This document shows, piece after piece, positions 8,072-17,886 of a stretch of DNA of 64,000 bases. The notes under the pieces are model-generated. The model saw nothing but the letters and a program-made list of their open reading frames with translations. It ran no database searches and was not told where the DNA came from. Origin of the DNA: Candidatus Komeilibacteria bacterium RIFOXYD1_FULL_37_29 (GTDB lineage: Bacteria > Patescibacteriota > Patescibacteriia > UBA1558 > GWA2-36-10); the NCBI GenBank assembly GCA_001818495.1, contig MHKS01000005.1:180188-244187 (forward strand). Direction: 5' to 3'. The number at the start of each line of letters is the position of its first letter. Position 1 is the stretch's first letter. The position numbers were made by a program, and so were the translations under genes.

Positions 8072-8842
8072 ATGGCCAGAATAATTTCCATAGTTAATCA
8101 AAAAGGTGGGGTTGGAAAAACCACCACGTCTATCAATTTGGCGGCGTGGCTGGCGGCTTTTGGCAAAAGAGTTTTAATTATTGATATTGATCCGCAAGGC
8201 AACGCTTCTTCTGGTTTGGGCATTGATTACAAAAATCTCAGCAAGGGTATGTATGAGGTTTTGGTTGATCCCAATACTCGTATTAGTGAAGTGATCCGCT
8301 CTTATCAACCCAATTTTCATATTTTGCCTACTACGCCAGATTTGGCTGGTGCGGCTATAGATTTGGTAGAAACTAGCGATAGAGAATTTCAATTGGATAA
8401 ACAAATTAAAGAAATAGCTGATCTCTATGATTTTATCTTGATAGATAATCCGCCGTCTTTGGGACTTTTGACCATCAACGGACTGGTGGCATCCCGGGAA
8501 ATTATTATTCCAGTGCAGTGCGAGTATTATGCCTTGGAAGGATTGTCTCAACTTTTAAATACCATCAATTTAATCAAGGAGCATTTGCAGCCGGATCTAA
8601 ATATTTTAGGAGCAGTCATGACTATGTATGACAGCCGTAATAAATTGGCCAATGATGTTTTTAATGAATTATACCGATATTTTCCCGCCAAAATTTTTCG
8701 CAGCGTTATCCCTAGAAACATAAAAATTGCCGAGTCTCCATCGCACGGTTTACCGCTCAAAGATTATGCTCCCAACTCGGTTGGTTCCAATGCCTATAAA
8801 CGTTTGGCTCAAGAGGTGATGTTGGCTAAGTTAATTAATTAG
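8072..8842 (+). CDS. parA: chromosome partitioning ATPase ParA (Soj)
   Basis: The deviant Walker A is KGGVGKTT in IISIVNQKGGVGKTTTSINLA. Length and downstream motifs fit ParA. Confidence 0.9.
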   Translation: MARIISIVNQKGGVGKTTTSINLAAWLAAFGKRVLIIDIDPQGNASSGLGIDYKNLSKGMYEVLVDPNTRISEVIRSYQPNFHILPTTPDLAGAAIDLVETSDREFQLDKQIKEIADLYDFILIDNPPSLGLLTINGLVASREIIIPVQCEYYALEGLSQLLNTINLIKEHLQPDLNILGAVMTMYDSRNKLANDVFNELYRYFPAKIFRSVIPRNIKIAESPSHGLPLKDYAPNSVGSNAYKRLAQEVMLAKLIN

Positions 8843-8871
8843 AGGGTATTAGTAAAGATAAAAATAAAATT

Positions 8872-9726
8872 ATGTCAGCATTAGGCAAAGGACTAGGAGC
8901 CCTTATTCCCACTAAAAAATTATCTGACCACGGCTCAGTAGCTAGTGGAGGTTTTGACGGTAAAAAAATAGATTACGTTTCTATAAAAGATGTTAGCTCC
9001 AATCCTTGGCAACCTCGTACACATTTTGATAAAGATAAATTGGACGAACTAGCTCAATCTATTAAACAGCACGGGATTTTACAGCCACTAGTAGTATCTA
9101 AAGAAGGTAATCGTTATCAACTAATAGCTGGAGAAAGACGTCTTAAAGCAGCCGAGATTTTGGGACTGGCCGAAGTGCCGGTTATCATCAAGGAAGTTAG
9201 CGATCGAGATAAATTGGAATTGGCTATTGTAGAAAATATTCAACGCCGTGATCTAAATCCACTAGAGACTGCCAATAGTTATAAAAAATTGGCTGAAGAA
9301 TTTGGCCTGAGCACCGAAGCGATAGCCGAGCAAGTGGGCAAAGGAGTTTCTACTGTGGCCAATTTTTTGAGATTATTGAAATTGCCAGTACTTATCAAAG
9401 AAGCGATTGCCAAAGGGGAAATTACCATGTCTCATGCCAAGATTATTCTTTCTTATCAGACCAAAGAAGAGCAAATTAGTGCTTTTAAGCAGATTTTGAA
9501 AAATGATATGACGGTGACGGATTTACAAAAGATGCAGAAAAAATTTGCTGCCAAAGAAAATCGTGATAAACCACGTGATCCGGTTTTGGCCTCCTGGGAG
9601 GATAAGCTGACCAAAAATATTGGGGCTAAAGTAAAAATTCAAAAAAGAGGTGAAAGAGGTTTTATAAAAATTGATTTTTACTCTCACGCCGAATTAAAAA
9701 ATATTTTGGATAGACTAGAAAAATAA
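8872..9726 (+). CDS. parB: chromosome partitioning protein ParB (Spo0J)
   Basis: GERRLKAAEILGL plus the HTH region, in the usual position after parA. Confidence 0.9.
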   Translation: MSALGKGLGALIPTKKLSDHGSVASGGFDGKKIDYVSIKDVSSNPWQPRTHFDKDKLDELAQSIKQHGILQPLVVSKEGNRYQLIAGERRLKAAEILGLAEVPVIIKEVSDRDKLELAIVENIQRRDLNPLETANSYKKLAEEFGLSTEAIAEQVGKGVSTVANFLRLLKLPVLIKEAIAKGEITMSHAKIILSYQTKEEQISAFKQILKNDMTVTDLQKMQKKFAAKENRDKPRDPVLASWEDKLTKNIGAKVKIQKRGERGFIKIDFYSHAELKNILDRLEK

Positions 9727-9736
9727 TAGTTAATAA

Positions 9737-9775
9737 AAAATAGTCCAGAGCTTGTACCAGGGGACTATTTTTTAT
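9737..9775. terminator. bidirectional hairpin (aatagtcc ... ggactatt) between parB and the rel homolog; overlaps the rel stop codon
   Basis: An inverted repeat with A/T runs on both sides. Confidence 0.5.
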
Positions 9776-11195
9776 TTAATTGGGATCTTATTTTGTTTTT
9801 GGCCATATTGGTGGCTACCATATGGAGCCAATCAGCATTGGGCTGTTTTCTATTTTTGTCGGTGATTATTTCTACCACATCTCCAGATTTTAATTTGGTT
9901 TCCAAAGAAGTCATTTGGTTATTGATTTTAGCGCCGACACATTTGCTACCGATATCAGAGTGGATATAGTAGGCAAAATCCAGCGGAGTAGCGTTTTCCG
10001 GCAATTCTACCACATCGCCTTTGGGAGTAAAGACAAATATTTGATCCAAAAATAAATCATTTTTGATGTGTTTTATAAATTCAGTGTTATCAGTAATGGT
10101 TTTTTGTATTTCCATCAGATGGTCTAGCCATTTGAGCTGTTTTTTACCTTTACCCAGCATGCCGACTTCTTTATATTTACTATGGGCGGCTACACCATAT
10201 TCTGCTTCTTCATCCATCTCCACGGTTCGGATTTGGATTTCCACTATTTTGCTAAAATCAGTAAAAACAGAAGTATGCAGTGATTTATAACCATTGGGTT
10301 TGGGCTGAGCAATATAATCTTTGACCCGGCCTTTTAAGGGCGTCCATTTTTTGTGGAGTATGCCCATAGCGCTGTAGCAGTCAGCTACTTCTTTTAAGAC
10401 AATTCTTAGAGCAATTAGATCGTATATTTTATTGACGTCTTTTCCTTTGCGTAATAATTTTTTATATAAACTATAAATACCCTTGACTCGACCACGGATA
10501 CTATTGATTTCAATATTGTGTTTAGTCAATTCTTTTTGTGTTAGTTTTTTGATTTCTTCTATATATTTTGCTTCTGATTTCAACCTGTCGGCTATCAGAC
10601 TCATAGTCCATTTGTATTCTTCGGGGTAGACATAAGGAAAGGCTAGGTCTTCCAATTGATTTTTAATGCGAAACATTCCCAGGCGATTGGCTAAGGGAGC
10701 ATAAATTTCTAAAGTTTCTTGAGCAATACGTAATCTTTTTTCTGGACGGACACCGTCTAGGGTTTCCATATTATGGATGCGGTCGGCTAGTTTGATAATA
10801 ATAACTCGCAGATCCTGGCTCATAGCTAAAAACATTTTTCTCAAGTTTTCAGCATATCTTTCCATGCCGCGGTATTTTAAAGTACCTAGTTTAGTAACCC
10901 CTTTGACCAAGTTGTGAATTTCGGAGCCAAAATTACTTTTTAAATCTTCAAAAGTAAAATCAGTGTCTTCCGGCACGTCATGTAAAAGACCAGCGGCGAT
11001 AGAAGCAATGTCCATTTTCATTTGAGCCAGATTATAGGCGGTAGCTATAGCGTGATAAATATAATCTTCTCCCGTTCTTCTTTTTTGTCCTTTATGGGCT
11101 TCCGAAGCAAAATGAAAAGCTTTGACAATCAATTTGACGTCTTCTTCACGATAATTAAGGGTTAGTATTTTTTTTAAATCTTCAAATGTTAGCAT
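9765..11195 (-). CDS. rel: short RelA/SpoT homolog: HD hydrolase + (p)ppGpp synthetase + TGS domains, no C-terminal ACT/RRM region
   Basis: The HD motif is LLHDVPEDT. The synthetase core is GRVKGIYSLYKK...YKSLHT. A TGS-like region is VFTPKGDVVELPENATPLDFAYYIHSDIG. The protein ends at 476 aa. Confidence 0.85.
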   Translation of the reverse strand: MLTFEDLKKILTLNYREEDVKLIVKAFHFASEAHKGQKRRTGEDYIYHAIATAYNLAQMKMDIASIAAGLLHDVPEDTDFTFEDLKSNFGSEIHNLVKGVTKLGTLKYRGMERYAENLRKMFLAMSQDLRVIIIKLADRIHNMETLDGVRPEKRLRIAQETLEIYAPLANRLGMFRIKNQLEDLAFPYVYPEEYKWTMSLIADRLKSEAKYIEEIKKLTQKELTKHNIEINSIRGRVKGIYSLYKKLLRKGKDVNKIYDLIALRIVLKEVADCYSAMGILHKKWTPLKGRVKDYIAQPKPNGYKSLHTSVFTDFSKIVEIQIRTVEMDEEAEYGVAAHSKYKEVGMLGKGKKQLKWLDHLMEIQKTITDNTEFIKHIKNDLFLDQIFVFTPKGDVVELPENATPLDFAYYIHSDIGSKCVGAKINNQMTSLETKLKSGDVVEIITDKNRKQPNADWLHMVATNMAKNKIRSQLNKK

Positions 11196-11253
11196 AATCT
11201 GTAGGATACATTATTTATAGTAATATTTAGTAAGTAAAATAGCAAGAGTCAAA

Positions 11254-11280
11254 TAAAAAATCCCCGTAGGGGGATTTTTT
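11254..11280 (-). terminator. hairpin aaaaaatcccc gtag ggggatttttt downstream of topA
   Basis: A perfect stem with a T-run lies just after the topA stop. Confidence 0.55.
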
Positions 11281-11282
11281 GA

Positions 11283-13484
11283 TTAAGATTTTTCGCTATA
11301 TTCGCAATCTTCGCACTTGATCGTAGATTTGTTGGCTTGGTAAAGTAGTTTGCTACACTCAGGACATTTATTGCCGGTTGGCTTGCCCCAGAGTAAGTGT
11401 TCACATTTGGGGTAGTTATTACAACCGTAAAATATCTTACCTTTTTTACTACGTTTGGCAACCATTTCACCGGTTTCGCACAAGCCACATTTTACGCCAG
11501 TACCCTGGCTTTTGTTTTTGGTAGTTTTACATTTAGGATAATCACTGCAAGCAATAAATTTTCCAAAACGGCCGGTTTTTACAATCATGGATTTACCACA
11601 GCTGGGACAAAGTTCATCTATTTTTTCCACTTCTTCAGCTTTGCCGTCTTCACCAATAGGTTTGGTGTTTTTGCATTCGGGATAATTGGAACAGGCCATA
11701 AATTTTCCAAAGCGGCCCAGTTTGATAACCATCGCACTACCACACTTATCGCATTTTTCATCAGTGGCGGTTTCAGTCAACTCTTTTTTGTCTAATTCTT
11801 TTTCTTTGAGCATAAGGTTTTTTTCAAAGGGTTTATAAAAATTTGCTATAATCGGTTGCCACTGCTTTTTACCCTCAGCTATTTCATCCAAATCATTTTC
11901 CATCTGAGCAGTGAAGTCATAAGAGACTATATCAGGAAAGTGTTCGGTCAGCAATTTATTGACTATTTCAGCAATCTCAGTTGGAGCCAAGCGTTTTTCT
12001 TCTTTAGTGACATATTGGCGCTCAATAATAGTGGCAATAGTTGGGGCGTAAGTAGATGGCCGACCAATACCCAAAGCTTCCAAAGCTTTGACTAGTCCAG
12101 CTTCTGAATAACGAGCCGGAGGAGTAGTAAAGTGTTCTAGCGCGTCAAGACTAGCTAGCTCTAGGGTATCGCCAGTAGTGATATTTGGCAATTCATTTTC
12201 GTCGCCGTTGTTTTTGTAAATAGCTTTCCAGCCAGCAAATTTGGTGACAGTACCGACGGCTTTTAATTCCCACGCAGTATCAACGGATTTGATTAATGCT
12301 GTAGTAGTTTCAGTAATAGCATCAGACATTTGTGAAGCTACAGCTCTTTGCCAAATCAAGGTATAAATTTTTAATTGTTTAGGATCAAGATAATCTTTGA
12401 CCGATTCTGGGTCATTATAAACCTCAGTTGGTCGGATAGCCTCATGAGCCTCTTGAGTAAATTTGGTTTTCTTTTTAAAATTTCGTCCGCCAGCCATGAT
12501 AAATTCTGTACCCAATTTTTCACTGACATAAGTATTGGCCGCTTCTTTGAAACTATCAGACAAATTTAAGGAGTCGGTTCTCATATAAGTAATCAAACCG
12601 TGACTACCTTTGGTACCTAATTTAATACCTTCGTAAAGCTGTTGGGCAAGAACCATAGTTTGTTTGGCACTATAGCCAAAACGACGATTGGCATCTTGTT
12701 GTAAAGTAGAAGTAGTAAAAGGTGGCAGAGGAGATTTTTTATTTTCAGTGGCTTTGACATCAGCAATTACTAAGCGGTGCGCTTTTATTTCTTCTAAAGC
12801 TTTTTTCGCTCTACTTTCATCAAGATCAAATTTTTTTAAAATATCATCTTTTTCTTTGTAAAGAAAAATATTGAATTTATCGGAGTCTTTTTTAAAAGCC
12901 TGTCCTTCCACTGTCCAGTACTCTTCGGTTTTAAATTTTCTTCGTTCTTCTTCACGCTCCACTATCAATCTGACGGCGACCGATTGGACGCGTCCAGCGG
13001 ACAAGCCGCGAGTAACTTTTTTCCAAAGCAGTGGTGACAGTTTATAGCCGACCAGACGATCTAAGATGCGACGGGCCTGTTGGGCATGGAAAAGATTGAT
13101 GTCCAATTTACGAGGATTATTTAAAGCTTCCAAAATAGCCTTTTTGGTTATTTCATGAAAAGCAATTCTTTTTTGTTTGCTGGTTGGCACATCCAATAGT
13201 TTTTGTAAGTGCCAGGAAATAGCTTCTCCTTCGCGGTCTTCATCAGTAGCGAAATAGACCATCTCAGCGTCTTCGGCTAATTTTTTTAGTTTGCTGACTT
13301 GCTTTTTGGCTTTCAACGGGACGGTATAGGTTGGCTCAAAATTATTTTCTACATCAACACCCAATTTGCTTTTTGGCAAATCTCTAACATGGCCGAAAGA
13401 TGATTCGACTACATACTCTTTACCCAAGAAACCTTTGATGGTTTTGGCCTTGGTTGGTGACTCGACGATGACTAATTTAGGCAT
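11283..13484 (-). CDS. topA: DNA topoisomerase I with C-terminal C4 zinc-ribbon repeats
   Basis: The N-terminal Toprim domain (LVIVESPTKAKTI) and the TopA core are present. The C-terminus carries several CxxC...CxxC ribbons. Confidence 0.9.
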   Translation of the reverse strand: MPKLVIVESPTKAKTIKGFLGKEYVVESSFGHVRDLPKSKLGVDVENNFEPTYTVPLKAKKQVSKLKKLAEDAEMVYFATDEDREGEAISWHLQKLLDVPTSKQKRIAFHEITKKAILEALNNPRKLDINLFHAQQARRILDRLVGYKLSPLLWKKVTRGLSAGRVQSVAVRLIVEREEERRKFKTEEYWTVEGQAFKKDSDKFNIFLYKEKDDILKKFDLDESRAKKALEEIKAHRLVIADVKATENKKSPLPPFTTSTLQQDANRRFGYSAKQTMVLAQQLYEGIKLGTKGSHGLITYMRTDSLNLSDSFKEAANTYVSEKLGTEFIMAGGRNFKKKTKFTQEAHEAIRPTEVYNDPESVKDYLDPKQLKIYTLIWQRAVASQMSDAITETTTALIKSVDTAWELKAVGTVTKFAGWKAIYKNNGDENELPNITTGDTLELASLDALEHFTTPPARYSEAGLVKALEALGIGRPSTYAPTIATIIERQYVTKEEKRLAPTEIAEIVNKLLTEHFPDIVSYDFTAQMENDLDEIAEGKKQWQPIIANFYKPFEKNLMLKEKELDKKELTETATDEKCDKCGSAMVIKLGRFGKFMACSNYPECKNTKPIGEDGKAEEVEKIDELCPSCGKSMIVKTGRFGKFIACSDYPKCKTTKNKSQGTGVKCGLCETGEMVAKRSKKGKIFYGCNNYPKCEHLLWGKPTGNKCPECSKLLYQANKSTIKCEDCEYSEKS

Positions 13485-13532
13485 AATATAGGTATTTTAA
13501 TTTTTTACGCAGCTTGGACTATAAAAGAACGC

Positions 13533-14840
13533 TCATCTTTTGTCAAGTTTTCTGTTTTTGACTATGTATTCCTCAGAGATCCATTTTTTCCTCAGTTCAC
13601 CAGCTAAAAAGAATGAGCCGGTGATTAGTATGAGGTCATTTTTTGTAGCTTTTTTAAAAGCCGCAGTAAAAGCTTGATAGGGATCATTGTAGACAGAGAT
13701 TGGTAGTTGATGGTTTATTTTTCGGCTGTCTTGATAAAGTTTTCTCAAATCAGCACTTCTTTTGGCCACTATTAAATATCTGGTTAGATAAACATAATTA
13801 GATATTTTTAACAACTTTTTAAGAGCAATTTTATAATTTTTGTGATAGCCAAAGCCCAAGATCAAATGGAGGTGGCGATATTTTTGCTGACCAATAAATT
13901 TTAATAGATTATCCAGTTTGTCTTTATTGTGGGAACCGTCTAGTACTACGGTGGGTTTTTTTCTAATAATTTCTTGTCGACAGATTAAACCAAAATTATT
14001 AATAATCTTTAGAGTGTCTGGTGGCGATATTTTGAGGACGCTTAATATATTTAAGGTCAGATTTAAATTTTCTAATTGTTTGGGAGTTTTAAAATAGCCC
14101 CCTTTGACTGGATAATTTTTAGCCAAATTTTCTAAAGGTATAAACCAAGCTTGCTGTTTTTTACAAACCCCTTCAAAGATTTTTAAAAGTTTTTTATTTT
14201 TCTCACTACTTAAAAATAAACTGTTTTTTTTGATAATACCGGCTTTGTCACGAGCAATTTTTTCTTTGGTATTGCCTAGTATCTCGGTATGGTCTAGTCC
14301 GATATTGGTAATGGCTGTTACTTTTGGACTCACTATCACATTGGTAGCGTCATGCTGTCCACCTAGTCCAGCTTCCAGTATCACCCAGTCACATTTTTGC
14401 TCTTGAAAGTACAAAAGGGCAATAGCCAGCCAGGTTTCAAAATAAGATATGGGGTCTTGGGGAAAGGTTAATAAATATTTATCAAGATTTGGTTTGATTT
14501 TTTCCTTGAGTATTTTATGAAGGCTGACGGCAGAAATCAATTTATCGCCGATACTTATTTTTTCTAGGCTGGTGGTCGCAAAAGGGGAGGTATAGGAGCC
14601 GGTTTTTAATCCAGCGTTATTCATTAACCGTTCTAGCATTTTGACACTCGTGCCTTTGCCACTGGTGCCGGCTATATGGATAAATTTTAATTTTTTCTCC
14701 GGACTACCAACTAAGGACAGAAATTTTCTCATTCTATTAATATAAATACTCCTGTCACCTTGACCCAACATATAATTTTGTCTGGGGATGTTGGACAGAC
14801 TTTCCAAAAAATTTATATCATCTTGATATTTAGCAAACAT
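13533..14840 (-). CDS. folC: folylpolyglutamate synthase / dihydrofolate synthase (Mur ligase family)
   Basis: P-loop HIAGTSGKGT, plus the Mur ligase middle and C-terminal patterns. Confidence 0.75.
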   Translation of the reverse strand: MFAKYQDDINFLESLSNIPRQNYMLGQGDRSIYINRMRKFLSLVGSPEKKLKFIHIAGTSGKGTSVKMLERLMNNAGLKTGSYTSPFATTSLEKISIGDKLISAVSLHKILKEKIKPNLDKYLLTFPQDPISYFETWLAIALLYFQEQKCDWVILEAGLGGQHDATNVIVSPKVTAITNIGLDHTEILGNTKEKIARDKAGIIKKNSLFLSSEKNKKLLKIFEGVCKKQQAWFIPLENLAKNYPVKGGYFKTPKQLENLNLTLNILSVLKISPPDTLKIINNFGLICRQEIIRKKPTVVLDGSHNKDKLDNLLKFIGQQKYRHLHLILGFGYHKNYKIALKKLLKISNYVYLTRYLIVAKRSADLRKLYQDSRKINHQLPISVYNDPYQAFTAAFKKATKNDLILITGSFFLAGELRKKWISEEYIVKNRKLDKR

Positions 14841-14860
14841 AATTTAATTGTAGCACTACT

Positions 14861-15502
14861 TTATTTTTTTAACCATTTAACTCCTGCGTAACAAAAAGGT
14901 GTATCAATTAAAGCTAAAATTACTTTTAGTATATAGTAGGGGACAATTAATTCCCAAATAAATGCGGCAGTAAATTGGGGGGTCATATGGTAGAAGGCTA
15001 TAAACATAAAGATTACAGTATCAATAAATTGACTGACAATGGTTGAAAAATTATTTCTTAACCAAAGCCAGTGGCCATGTGTTTTTCTTTTCCAAAATTC
15101 AAAAGCCCAAATATCATGAAATTGGCTTAGTATAAAGGCTATAATAGAAGCTATAAATATACGGGAACTGCTGGAAAAAATGGTAGTGAAAGCTCCATTG
15201 GTCTGGGAGAAGCGGTCGGCTGGTTCAGCTATGATACTTAATTTTATAAATAAAAAGCTAAATATTAGAATTAAGACGGTAGACCAAATAAGACTGGATA
15301 CGAATTTTTTACCCTTGACTTCAGCCAATATGTCAGTAATCAAAAAAGATATCGGCACTAGCCAAATACCCACAGAGGTAGATACTGGGCCAATGTTAAC
15401 AATTTTTATACCCAGTATATTGGCCAGTAGCATTACAGTTACAAAGAGTATTTGTAGGAAAAGTATTTTATTATCTTGAGTGATATTAAATATATTTTTC
15501 AT
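14861..15502 (-). CDS. YhhQ/DUF165-family membrane protein (putative queuosine-precursor transporter)
   Basis: The 213 aa product has 6 TM helices. Its size and topology fit YhhQ-type vitamin/preQ uptake transporters. The call is tentative. Confidence 0.4.
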   Translation of the reverse strand: MKNIFNITQDNKILFLQILFVTVMLLANILGIKIVNIGPVSTSVGIWLVPISFLITDILAEVKGKKFVSSLIWSTVLILIFSFLFIKLSIIAEPADRFSQTNGAFTTIFSSSSRIFIASIIAFILSQFHDIWAFEFWKRKTHGHWLWLRNNFSTIVSQFIDTVIFMFIAFYHMTPQFTAAFIWELIVPYYILKVILALIDTPFCYAGVKWLKK

Positions 15503-16578
15503 AGTATTTCTAGTTGATTAAAATAATTAGATTTGATTAGACCAGCTATTTCCATTTCGGAAATAAAGATGTTTAGTTGAGCTAAGGGCAGGTCTAAGCG
15601 AGCGGACAAATCAACTAGGTTCATAGATTCTGTCTGTAATAAAGTGTAGATTTTAGCATGATATTTGTTTTTAAATAAGATTTTTTTAGCGGAACAATTT
15701 TTTTCTAAATTGTATATTTTGAAGATATCTTTGGCTGAGTCTAAAAGAGTAGCACCTTCTTTGATTAATTTATTTGGTCCATAGCTTAGCCGCATATTGA
15801 TATTGGCTGGTAAGGCCAAAACTTCTCGTCCTTCGTCTAAGGCTACTTGAGCAGTTATTAGGGTGCCAGATTTTTCAGCACCAGATATCACCAGAGTGGC
15901 TTTGGACAAACCAGCTAGTATGCGGTTTCTTTTGGGAAAGTGGTAGAGCTGGGTTTGGACTTTGGCACTTTGTTCGGAAATAATCAGGCCGCCATTTTGA
16001 ATTATTTCTGTAGCTAGGCCAACATTTTCCTGAGGGTATAATCTATCTTTACTTAAACCTGATCCTAAAACAGCGATGGTTTTTAAATTATTTTCCAAGG
16101 CCTTTTTATGGCAGAGTGTATCAATGCCAATAGCTAGACCACTGACGATGATTAGCGGAGTATTTTTTAAATCTTGAAATATATTATGGACGCAATTTCT
16201 GTGATAATCAGTGCTGGTCCGGGAACCAACAACTGTCAGTAGGTAGTCATTTTTTAAAAGAGCGATAGCTCCTCGATAGAATAAAAATAATGGAGGATCG
16301 TAAATGTTTTTTAAATTCGGTGGGTAGAGAGGATCCAGTATGGTGATATAATCTTCACAAAGATCAGTAAAAGATTTTTTTACGGCCGAGATAAAATTTT
16401 TATCTCTCAGCTGCTCGCTAACAGTATTATTAAACAACCCAGAGCCAGTCAGAGCTTGACGGTAAAGATCTTGTGGGGAGCCACATTTTTTTAACAATGA
16501 AATTATGGTGTTTGACCCTAGCCCCTTTACTTGAGAAAATAAAAATAAATAAAAACTATTTGCAAAATCGCTTTTCAT
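15499..16578 (-). CDS. dprA: DNA processing protein DprA (Smf)
   Basis: The Rossmann-like core is LTVVGSRTSTDYHRN...GLAIGIDTLCHKKAL...ISEQS. The track start at 16599 is a TTG. The first ATG (MKSDF...) is at 16576-16578. Confidence 0.85.
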   Translation of the reverse strand: MKSDFANSFYLFLFSQVKGLGSNTIISLLKKCGSPQDLYRQALTGSGLFNNTVSEQLRDKNFISAVKKSFTDLCEDYITILDPLYPPNLKNIYDPPLFLFYRGAIALLKNDYLLTVVGSRTSTDYHRNCVHNIFQDLKNTPLIIVSGLAIGIDTLCHKKALENNLKTIAVLGSGLSKDRLYPQENVGLATEIIQNGGLIISEQSAKVQTQLYHFPKRNRILAGLSKATLVISGAEKSGTLITAQVALDEGREVLALPANINMRLSYGPNKLIKEGATLLDSAKDIFKIYNLEKNCSAKKILFKNKYHAKIYTLLQTESMNLVDLSARLDLPLAQLNIFISEMEIAGLIKSNYFNQLEIL

Positions 16579-16707
16579 AGGCTTTTCTTTTATATTCAAC
16601 TGTTCATTATGATAGTATATGTTTTTAATTTTGTAAAATTAAGAGACTTTACTTTATGAAAATTAATTGTTACTATTTATATAGTAATAAAAAATAATTT
16701 TTAGACT

Positions 16708-17271
16708 ATGGCTATAAAAAAAATCACTAGCTCAGCTCGAGCTTTAAAAAACCCAGACTCTATCGGACTAAAATCCGAAAATAACGGAAATGATAGTTCT
16801 TTGATGGAATTTGAGCAATTTGTATCCAATAAGCCCCAAAACAGTCGCGGCAAATCATGGTTAGCTATTACTTTGATTGTGGTCGTACTGTTACTAGCCA
16901 CTGTTTGGCTTGTGATGTCTCGGGCTCAAACAATGGAAAAGAGCGGTAAATTTCAAGCTATTTATTTGGAAAATGGACAGACTTATTATGCCAAAGTGGC
17001 CAAAGAAGACGCTTTGAATATTTATTTGAGTGATGTCTATTATATTCAAATTGAACAGCAAACAGTCCAGCCAGCAGAGGGAGCAGAGGAAGGGGCTGAA
17101 CCACAAGTAGTAGAAGTACCAGTTTTGATTAAACGCGGGGAGGAGTTACACAAACCGCAAGGTTTGATGCAGATTAATCGATCAAAATTGGTAGCCATTG
17201 AAGAGATTGGAGCAGATTCAGAAATACTCAAAGAAATTGACAGAATTAATCAGCCACAGCCACAACAATAA
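16708..17271 (+). CDS. membrane-anchored hypothetical protein with a Pro/Gln/Glu-rich linker
   Basis: One TM helix is predicted. The C-terminal domain has no motif I recognise. Confidence 0.3.
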   Translation: MAIKKITSSARALKNPDSIGLKSENNGNDSSLMEFEQFVSNKPQNSRGKSWLAITLIVVVLLLATVWLVMSRAQTMEKSGKFQAIYLENGQTYYAKVAKEDALNIYLSDVYYIQIEQQTVQPAEGAEEGAEPQVVEVPVLIKRGEELHKPQGLMQINRSKLVAIEEIGADSEILKEIDRINQPQPQQ

Positions 17272-17289
17272 TTTAGCGCGTAAGTTATA

Positions 17290-17325
17290 ACCACCACCCT
17301 TCGCCTTCGGGTGGTGGTTTTTTAT
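17290..17325 (+). terminator. strong intrinsic terminator (accaccaccc ttcgccttcg ggtggtggt + TTTTTT)
   Basis: A perfect 9-bp GC-rich stem followed by a T-run. Confidence 0.65.
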
Positions 17326-17355
17326 TTAGCACAACTATAAAGTGTTTATAATTAC

Positions 17356-17384
17356 TTTACACTTCTTACTTTATGGTTTATAAT
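17356..17384 (+). promoter_or_regulatory. sigma70-like promoter TTTACA -17- TATAAT
   Basis: The -10 element lies inside the track's 17373 start, so the true start of the downstream gene is the ATG at 17397. Confidence 0.45.
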
Positions 17385-17396
17385 ATAGACACCTTT

Positions 17397-17636
17397 ATGT
17401 CAAAGAGGAACAGTGATGCTGGATTGATAAAAATCGGAGAACTAGCCAAAATGTTCTCGGTTTTGCCATCCACTATAAATTTTTATACCCGTGAAGGTTT
17501 GATCAAAGCCGCTGGACGCTCGCAAGGTGGTTATCGTCTTTATGATCCGACCAAAACTATGGCGGTATTGAAAAAAATAGAAGAATTACAGATCAGAAAA
17601 AGATACACCATAGAGGAAATCAAAAAGTTGTTATAA
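17397..17636 (+). CDS. small MerR-family HTH protein
   Basis: IKIGELAKMFSVLPSTINFYTREGLI...GYRLYD is the MerR-type HTH signature. The product is ~79 aa. Confidence 0.55.
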   Translation: MSKRNSDAGLIKIGELAKMFSVLPSTINFYTREGLIKAAGRSQGGYRLYDPTKTMAVLKKIEELQIRKRYTIEEIKKLL

Positions 17637-17886
17637 ACCTCTTAGGCCTTTTTTCATGCTTAAAGGCCTAAGAGTTTATATATTAGTAATATAAAATTAC
17701 CTATGAAAAAAAGATTAGACAAAGTTTTTTGCTTACCGACCGGTCAACAGAGCAAAGTTTATCGGGCGAGGTGTGCTAAAAAGAAAAAGCAGAATTGGTG
17801 GCAATATCTTTATTCTTTGTTTTTCTAGAAATATTGTCAAAATAGGCTTTTTCGGTTAGAATAAGCAAACTGAGTAAGATTATAAA

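Noticed and set aside
8037-9760. Search for parS sites (TGTTNCACGTGAAACA-like) around parAB
   Set aside because: Only a non-palindromic CACGTG at ~9570 was seen. No convincing parS is present in this window.
11397-12569. Several + strand ORFs inside topA (11397-11795, 11856-12095, 12375-12569)
   Set aside because: They are antisense to a well-supported topA CDS. Similar antisense or alternative-frame ORFs within ileS, the AAA+ gene, glyQS, pheT, gyrB, pepA and der were likewise ignored.
17703-17825. 40 aa Lys-rich small ORF (MKKRLDKVFCLPTGQQSKVYRARCAKKKKQNWWQYLYSLFF) upstream of ileS
   Set aside because: It has no recognisable family and no SD, and it overlaps the likely ileS promoter region. 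There is insufficient evidence that it is a real gene.
17639-17886. Possible T-box riboswitch or leader upstream of ileS
   Set aside because: An inverted repeat (ctcttaggcc...ggcctaagag) and a segment AGAATTGGTGGCAA are present. The T-box consensus (AATTAGGGTGGNACCGCG) and a specifier/antiterminator arrangement are not recognisable. The hairpin is more simply the terminator of the upstream MerR-like gene.
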